Made by a program: the position numbers and the translations under genes
NCBI RefSeq assembly: GCF_001194135.2
Contig: NC_068984.1
Coordinates: forward strand, 37,103,504-37,149,220
DNA length: 45,717 nucleotides
Source: Octopus bimaculoides
Taxonomy: Eukaryota
Direction of reading: 5' to 3'
The notes under the pieces: generated by a model
Databases searched by the model: none
What the model was told of the DNA's origin: nothing
What the model saw: the letters and a program-made list of their open reading frames with translations, nothing else
Shown: positions 38,376 through 45,717 of the stretch, in pieces
How the letters are laid out: each line of letters opens with the position of its first letter
Position numbering within the stretch: the stretch's first letter is position 1

Positions 38376-41300
38376 ATTACATCTTAATTCTATACATCAA
38401 GGCAGTTGATGGTAGCATCTTCCCTCTGTAGTTTTGAACAACTCATGTGTCGTACTTATGTCTATAGATTACCTTGAGGAAATGAAAACACTTTTGAATT
38501 ATTCAATTAGTATTTACTTTTCTTTTGGGAACTGAAGTCAATGAGCCATTTCCTTAGATCGGGGCGTATTTACTGATATAGTGAGGCTTGTTCTATTATA
38601 TATCTATAAAATATTTAAAGTTTTTTTTTCATGTATTCTATTGTACATAGATCTTTTTTTCACTTTTTCCTTGCTGGCTGTCATGTGTTAATTGAAACTG
38701 TATAAAACCAATGTCGTGTGTCTCATCAGGCTTACATTTTGAACTTTGCATTTATAATTTCATTAATTTTGATGTTTCTTACTCGAATGAAATGCATGTA
38801 ACTTGCATTTTAACCTATAGATTGCGTCAGTTTCACATCATTGCCTTTCATGGGAAAACATTGGGGAGAGTTACATCAGAAGATTTATTTTTATATTGAA
38901 TTTCCTTGAGCCTGTTTGAATGTTCCAAATAATTTTCTCAAAATAGAAAATTATGAAAACTAGAAAATTAGTAATTTACTAATTTGTGATCATAAATTAA
39001 ATATCTAGGCATATTCAATACTTTGTAATGACTTAGTTTCATCCAATAAACAAATGATGTGTGTTAATATGAAAATTTGGATGGAAGTTAGTCGAGCTCA
39101 ATGAATACTAGTTTCATGAGATCAGATTTTAATTCCTTGAAAATACTACAATGAAAACAGAACATAAATTACACAAGGATATACAGAATAAAGGAGAAAT
39201 AAAGTTTTGTACTATGTTAATAGTGACATTTATATAGCAACAATATAACAGCATGTGAGGACATAAGTAAATATTCCCTATGTATCAAAGTAAATATTGC
39301 CCGACAGTATGTAATGAAATATACGAAAACAATTACTTTCTAAAACAGTCTAACACCAAGAGAAATAAATCCAGTTAAATGAATTCCTAAATCAAAAGTC
39401 ACAAGCAAATTGGAGAATAACGGTGTCAATTACATAAATTAGTACTGAATTAGATTTGAATTGTATATTACACATCCATCAAATGGTCAACTGAATACAC
39501 AAATCACACATAAAAAAAACACAGTACAAATTCTGTTTGGAAGTTATGATATGTATCAATAAATGCAAATACTTCTCTGCAAATATCAACCAAATATTTT
39601 GTTCGGCGACCATATGATCGATTACTTAGGACTTTCCCGTTTGATTTCACATAAAATCTGATATTTGCTCCATAATACCCCGATCGCTTTTATCAATTAA
39701 AAATTAATATATCAGATATCTCTATCATCCACCGTAAGCGCATAGAGAAAATAGATACAAAGATAACATTTCTGATCATCAACAAATGTATTTAATCTTC
39801 ATAGATGTATGGTATTGGAAATTTAAAAAAAAACATCATCTTTCCAGTATAGTTTACTAAAGAGAATATAATTAGTTTTTGGCAATATATTGCTGGGGTT
39901 AAAATAACACAATGGAGGGCTGCTTTATAATCGTATAGGATATAAAGCTAATGGAGTTATACATTGAATGGCATCTTGTGAGATCAAACTGGATGGTTCT
40001 GTGTTATGTAAATAAAGTTACTTTAGAGAGTTAATTTGTGTAAAGGTAAGGAGATTTCACGATAATAATTGACTAAGAATAGTAATGACGCCAAAAAGTT
40101 TAGGTATAAATTCTATCAACTGAGCATACTAGTTAAATGGAACAGCTATTAAACTGAGAGATGATTCTCGTAACTTGCCACCACAGTTTAGTTATTATCG
40201 TATGTGTGAGTCAGAACAGATCAAGTATCGTTAGAAGTCTGTATTTCTGTTAAGTGTAAAGATTTTTGAGATGACTTCAAGATCGGTCGCAATTAATATT
40301 TTGAATAAAAAGAAAATTGAGTCTACTGCCTCTTTTATTATAAATTAGAACAATTTCACTGCATGTATATTAACAGTAGCATTAAGGAAGACATACAAAT
40401 TATCTCAGTCGCAAGAAGATTATGATTATTTTAGATAGTTAACAACGTGTTTAGAGTCAAAATGTTTTATACGTCTCGTATCATTATTAGGTATTTATTC
40501 ACGAATGTTTCTTGTTTCAGAATGGAATTGTATTAGATTTAGGAGTCTAATAAAGGCAGTCTTTTTGACCTCTTGCAGGTTTTCGGTGAGTTATGTTTTT
40601 CTAAGTTAGGGCAGAGTGCAATGAACTCTTGAATTATCTCCAGACGGGAAATCTGGACACCTTTACTGTCACCAAACACCAGGTGAATTTGATAGACAAG
40701 ACGACAAAGTTATGTAATTGTAAGCATCTAATTAAATGCACTATCATAATTCCTTCGGATTAAGTTTATTAATGCATGTGTACTTTCCAACACAAAGGAT
40801 ACATTTTGTCAGAAGTTTTGAGTCCCAGGGTTATCGTTATTTTGCACTGATATATCAGGGCCTGTATCTTCCTTGTAACTGTTACAGCCACAAAGTTGTA
40901 ACATTTGTCCACTTTCATATACCTACCGTATTTGGTAATGTTCGCGGCATTTACAAGTGAACGTTTTATGAAGCCCGGAATTGTACTTTGTCTTCATATA
41001 GTAGTTTACACATGGGATGTTCCCCTTAGTAATTATACTCCAACACTCCTGGATTAAGAGCCATTCCACCTTCTCTATGATGTACTTTATGTTTGGCTAT
41101 GTTTGCGTAGTATGTTTGCATTAGACTCGGTGAAAATTACCTGTATTCAAGAAGAGAGAGAGAAAAACAAAGAATGTGAGAACCACTCAGTGTACTAGTT
41201 AAAATTTCATACACTAAATAACACGAATGGAATTCAATACAGATTAGTAGATTGCCGAGAGCTACATTACATGTGATTGAACTGAAAAACTATATTATTG

Positions 41301-42479
41301 TTTCTATTTTAGACTCGTATTCATTTCCCTTTATTGTTTGCTTTATCTTGATACAATTTAACACTTTAAATCTCAACTGTTACTCGGTGCTGATAGAAAT
41401 CGCTCACAATAGTGTGTTCTTTTTTTGTTTTTGTTTCTTTTGCAAAAAATCTTGTTATGAATCGATTCCTCAACATACAAAATTATACGTATATTTGTTA
41501 TTCTATACCAAACTTTTGTTACCGTGTTTATGAATATATGTAAATAAGTTTGTCAAATAAGTTTCTAGTTACATTTAAACAACTATTGGTGGAGATATTT
41601 CTTCTACAATGGAAAAGCAGAATTTTTTGTGTTGCGTTTTAAAATGTTTTCGATTAGGTCTGTCAACATTTCTTAAAATGATCGAAATCAATGTTGAATT
41701 ATATGTTCATTTGTATTTCTGTGTGAGTTTAGAAATTATACACAACACAAACGTATGTATGTGAATGTTTAACTCATATTTGCAGACAGAAAATAATAAT
41801 GTAAATATAGATAAGTGCTTCACAGAGGGAAGCATAGCGAAATGATACCCAGAGAGTGTACACAACCACACTCATATATTTCATTACCGAATCACTTGAG
41901 ATGACTCCCCGGAAAGCCCGTAGGTTTTGAGGGTGGAATTAACATAAACATAAGCTTAAATTGCATTTTGAAACTTAATTGAAATATACAACTAAATAGA
42001 AACAAATGAATAATCGTTCGTATTTAGAAATGGAAGATATCTACGTTATGAGACATCTTCATATTCCCATAAGTTTTTAAACGACAGGTGGTCAAGAAAT
42101 GCAATTTAATTCTTGTAATTTTACCGAAACAAATTGTTTGGCTAAATGAATATTCTATAAATATATACACCATAGTGTCTTGCTAATATATANNNNNNNN
42201 NNNNNNNNNNNNNNNNNNNNNNNNNNNNNNNNNNNNNNNNNNNNNNNNNNNNNNNNNNNNNNNNNNNNNNNNNNNNNNNNNNNNNNNNNNNNNNNNNNNN
42301 NNNNNNNNNNNNNNNNNNNNNNNNNNNNNNNNNNNNNNNNNNNNNNNNNNNNNNNNNNNNNNNNNNNNNNNNNNNNNNNNNNNNNNNNNNNNNNNNNNNN
42401 NNNNNNNNNNNNNNNNNNNNNNNNNNNNNNNNNNNNNNNNNNNNNNNNNNNNNNNNNNATATATATATATATATATATA

Positions 42480-43295
42480 TACTGGGTGCAATGGGTAAAT
42501 TGTCGCCATTTCATACTTTTTAGTTTTGTGCATGAGCATCGATTGCTTTTTTGATTTCGTCGACTACACAGTATAGTAGGCTCAGGTGGGCACCATCTGT
42601 GAAAAAACAGCACCATGACGCAATTTGGAAACGACACGTGCCGGAATCTCCAATACGAATATTTCAGAGTGTTCAGGTGTCAATAAGAGGACATGTAACT
42701 AAAGCGATAACAAACACCGAGTCAACACCCTATTGTTAGCAGTGATCACTAGTGATGGCGTCGTTATGCCTTCATTCATCTTCGCACACGTCCTTAGACT
42801 CAATACGAAAGCCTACATCAAATGCCTGAAGGAGGTAGTGCTACCCTGAGTCAAGAGGGTGGCTGCTGGAAGACCCTATGTCTGCCAGCAGGACTCTATG
42901 CCATATCACACAAACAAGAGAACCCAAGCGTGGCTATCAGACAATTTCTGCGATCACACCACCCTAAAATCTGGCCACCTAACTCACCTAACTTTGTGTG
43001 GAGCGCAGTTGACCGAGAGAGCAAGAAAACTCCTGGTAACACCAAGTATGAACTGAAGGCATGGATCATGGCAGCATTTAACCAACTTAAACAAGGAGAC
43101 TGTCCAAACGAGTTACAGGAGATTCCGAAGTCGTCTGGAAGCCCTGGTTGAGGCGAATGGCGAGTTTATTGAATAAATTTACTCTTTAGTATTTCGAAAT
43201 ATTTTAATGTAATTTTGGTGAACATATCGGTTAAAATGAGACGTGAATGTTATTTTCATTTTTGCATAATTTAGGCATATTTATATTCACCATAC
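42480..43295 (+). mobile_element. Tc1/mariner-superfamily remnant, DD37D/maT-like, internally deleted
   Basis: ITSDGVVMPSFIF...VAAGRPYVCQQDSMPYHT...WLSDNFCDH, KIWPPNS, ...VEANGEFIE*. TA-flanked start tactgggtgcaatgggtaaattgtcgcc; right TIR degenerate. Confidence 0.8.
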
Positions 43296-43860
43296 ACACA
43301 CGCACACATGTAAAATTATATATATTTATACGTGTAAATATACACACGTATGAATATGCATATTTGTACGTATATATTTATATGTATATATATATATGTA
43401 TATATANNNNNNNNNNNNNNNNNNNNNNNNNNNNNNNNNNNNNNNNNNNNNNNNNNNNNNNNNNNNNNNNNNNNNNNNNNNNNNNNNNNNNNNNNNNNNN
43501 NNNNNNNNNNNNNNNNNNNNNNNNNNNNNNNNNNNNNNNNNNNNNNNNNNNNNNNNNNNNNNNNNNNNNNNNNNNNNNNNNNNNNNNNNNNNNNNNNNNN
43601 NNNNNNNNNNNNNNNNNNNNNNNNNNNNNNNNNNNNNNNNNNNNNNNNNNNNNNNNNNNNNNNNNNNNNNNNNNNNNNNNNNNNNNNNNNNNNNNNNNNN
43701 NNNNNNNNNNNNNNNNNNNNNNNNNNNNNNNNNNNNNNNNNNNNNNNNNNNNNNNNNNNNNNNNNNNNNNNNNNNNNNNNNNNNNNNNNNNNNNNNNNNN
43801 NNNNNNNNNNNNNNNNNNNNNNNNNNNNNNNNNNNNNNNNNNNNNNNNNNNNNNNNNNNN

Positions 43861-43898
<38 letters not shown>

Positions 43899-44637
43899 TA
43901 CAACAAAATTTGGCATTTATACTTTTGTATGCATTCATGTTAGAGTTTGGTGTTAGATATAGATATATTAAAATTCTTTAACTAGGTGAAGAATAGAATA
44001 AGAAAAGATAAGATAATGGACGCTTTTAAGCATATAAGTGTTTGTGCATACATGTGCATATGTCTGTATATATCATAAGGTGCTTGTATATCACAACGTA
44101 GTCTTCCAATAAATAGTCACACTCGTCTCTACCAGAAGAGTACAATATTCGGAACTAGTAGCAAAATAATTTATTTTCTTTACACACTTTATACGTAATT
44201 CCGTTAATACATTTCATAAAATTGCTGCAGTTTTTAAAGTTATAGTCTTTGTCATGAATTATAATTTCATGTTTCATACTCGTGTTGCGATAAAAATCTA
44301 TAAAAGTCGATTAGTAATAGTAGAAGATTGATTTAAAATTCATTGTGCTCCATATTTCTATTCTGAGAGTTTGAAATAAAATTGTGTCAATCTATATTGA
44401 TATCAGTGGCGATTCCCGGAAATGAAATGACAGCATGAAGTTTAAAAAGGGGGCAGGTATATATACATGCATACATATATATATAAATGTGTGTGTGTCT
44501 GAGTGTGTGTGCGCGCATGCGTGTGTGCGTGTCTGTGTGTGTGTATTTATACATGTATATATGTATATATATATTGACCACTAAATTGATAAGATTTTAT
44601 TTATTTTTATTTATTCACTGTTTATTTCCAAGTGTTC

Positions 44638-44762
44638 CTTTCTATTGCAGAACTTAGTCTCGAAACGCAAAAGACTTTCTCACCTTCCCGAGCGTCAGAC
44701 TAATACGCCTACTTCTTGTTTATACACTTGTCTTCGTGCTTTGTTTTTCTGTAAATTTCAAC
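44638..44762 (+). mobile_element. PLE-like terminus with a heavily decayed hammerhead-like motif (44638-44673)
   Basis: ctcgaaacgcaaaagactttctcaccttcccgagcgtcagac matches the minus strand of ~37347-37387 (ctcgaaacgtaaaagattttctcactttcccgagggtcaaac). Confidence 0.6.
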
Positions 44763-44836
<74 letters not shown>

Positions 44837-44945
44837 TGCAGTCAGAAGGGATAAAATATAGTGAGGTACGTCAGTGGTTAGGTAGGTAGGTAGGTAGGTA
44901 GGTAGGTAGGTAGGTAGGTAGGTAAGTGGGTAGGTAGGTAGCAGA
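44763..44945. repeat. (GATA)n and (GGTA)n microsatellites
   Basis: Directly visible. Confidence 0.97.
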
Positions 44946-45404
44946 TAGATAAATGTAAATAAATACTAATCTATTCGAAATTTAATATCTTCACTTAAAG
45001 GAATTTTCATGCAGAGATAGCAAAAAAAGCTGCAAGAAAGAACTGCAGTACGATATAGCATAGATTCAATGCGATTACAAATAATATCAACAGATAGTAG
45101 AATATATTTTGAAACCTGAAGCTATATAATTATATTAACATTATTTCCTCCGTGGGTTATTAGTTTATTCATTATAATTGTATTACTTCTGTACCAAAAT
45201 TTTATCCATTTCAAGTAAAGTTCTATACGAGTATAAGAAGAGTTGGTGCATATAGTTTAGTTAACACAGTTCCACACTACTTCCCATTTTACGAATCTTT
45301 TACTACTTAATTTTCTGTCTTTGTGTATTGTATATAATTCAGATTTTTAAGATGTTGCCATCGATGGAAGCACTGCATCAGTTTTTGAACAATACTGCTG
45401 TTGC

Positions 45405-45717
<313 letters not shown>

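Overview
This is AT-rich, microsatellite-dense eukaryotic non-coding DNA with seven N-gaps. The SINE families look like those I recall from octopus (coleoid cephalopod) genomes; this is inference, not verified. I found no intact protein-coding gene. The ORF track is mostly microsatellite or N-run artefacts plus fragments of decayed transposon ORFs. Recognisable content: six tRNA-derived SINE copies, two RLE-type (R4/Dong-like) LINE remnants, one ~2.9 kb CR1/L2-group LINE, a short RTE-like element, a mariner nested inside another mariner, a DD37D/maT-like Tc1/mariner remnant, and several Penelope-like element (PLE) remnants. The most notable signal is RNA structure. There is a near-canonical type I hammerhead ribozyme fold at 26177-26282, set in a long closing stem. 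Five further minimal or decayed hammerhead-like motifs sit at PLE-like termini, two of them forming a large inverted repeat at 18074-18748. All coordinates and pairings were derived by hand; element boundaries are approximate.
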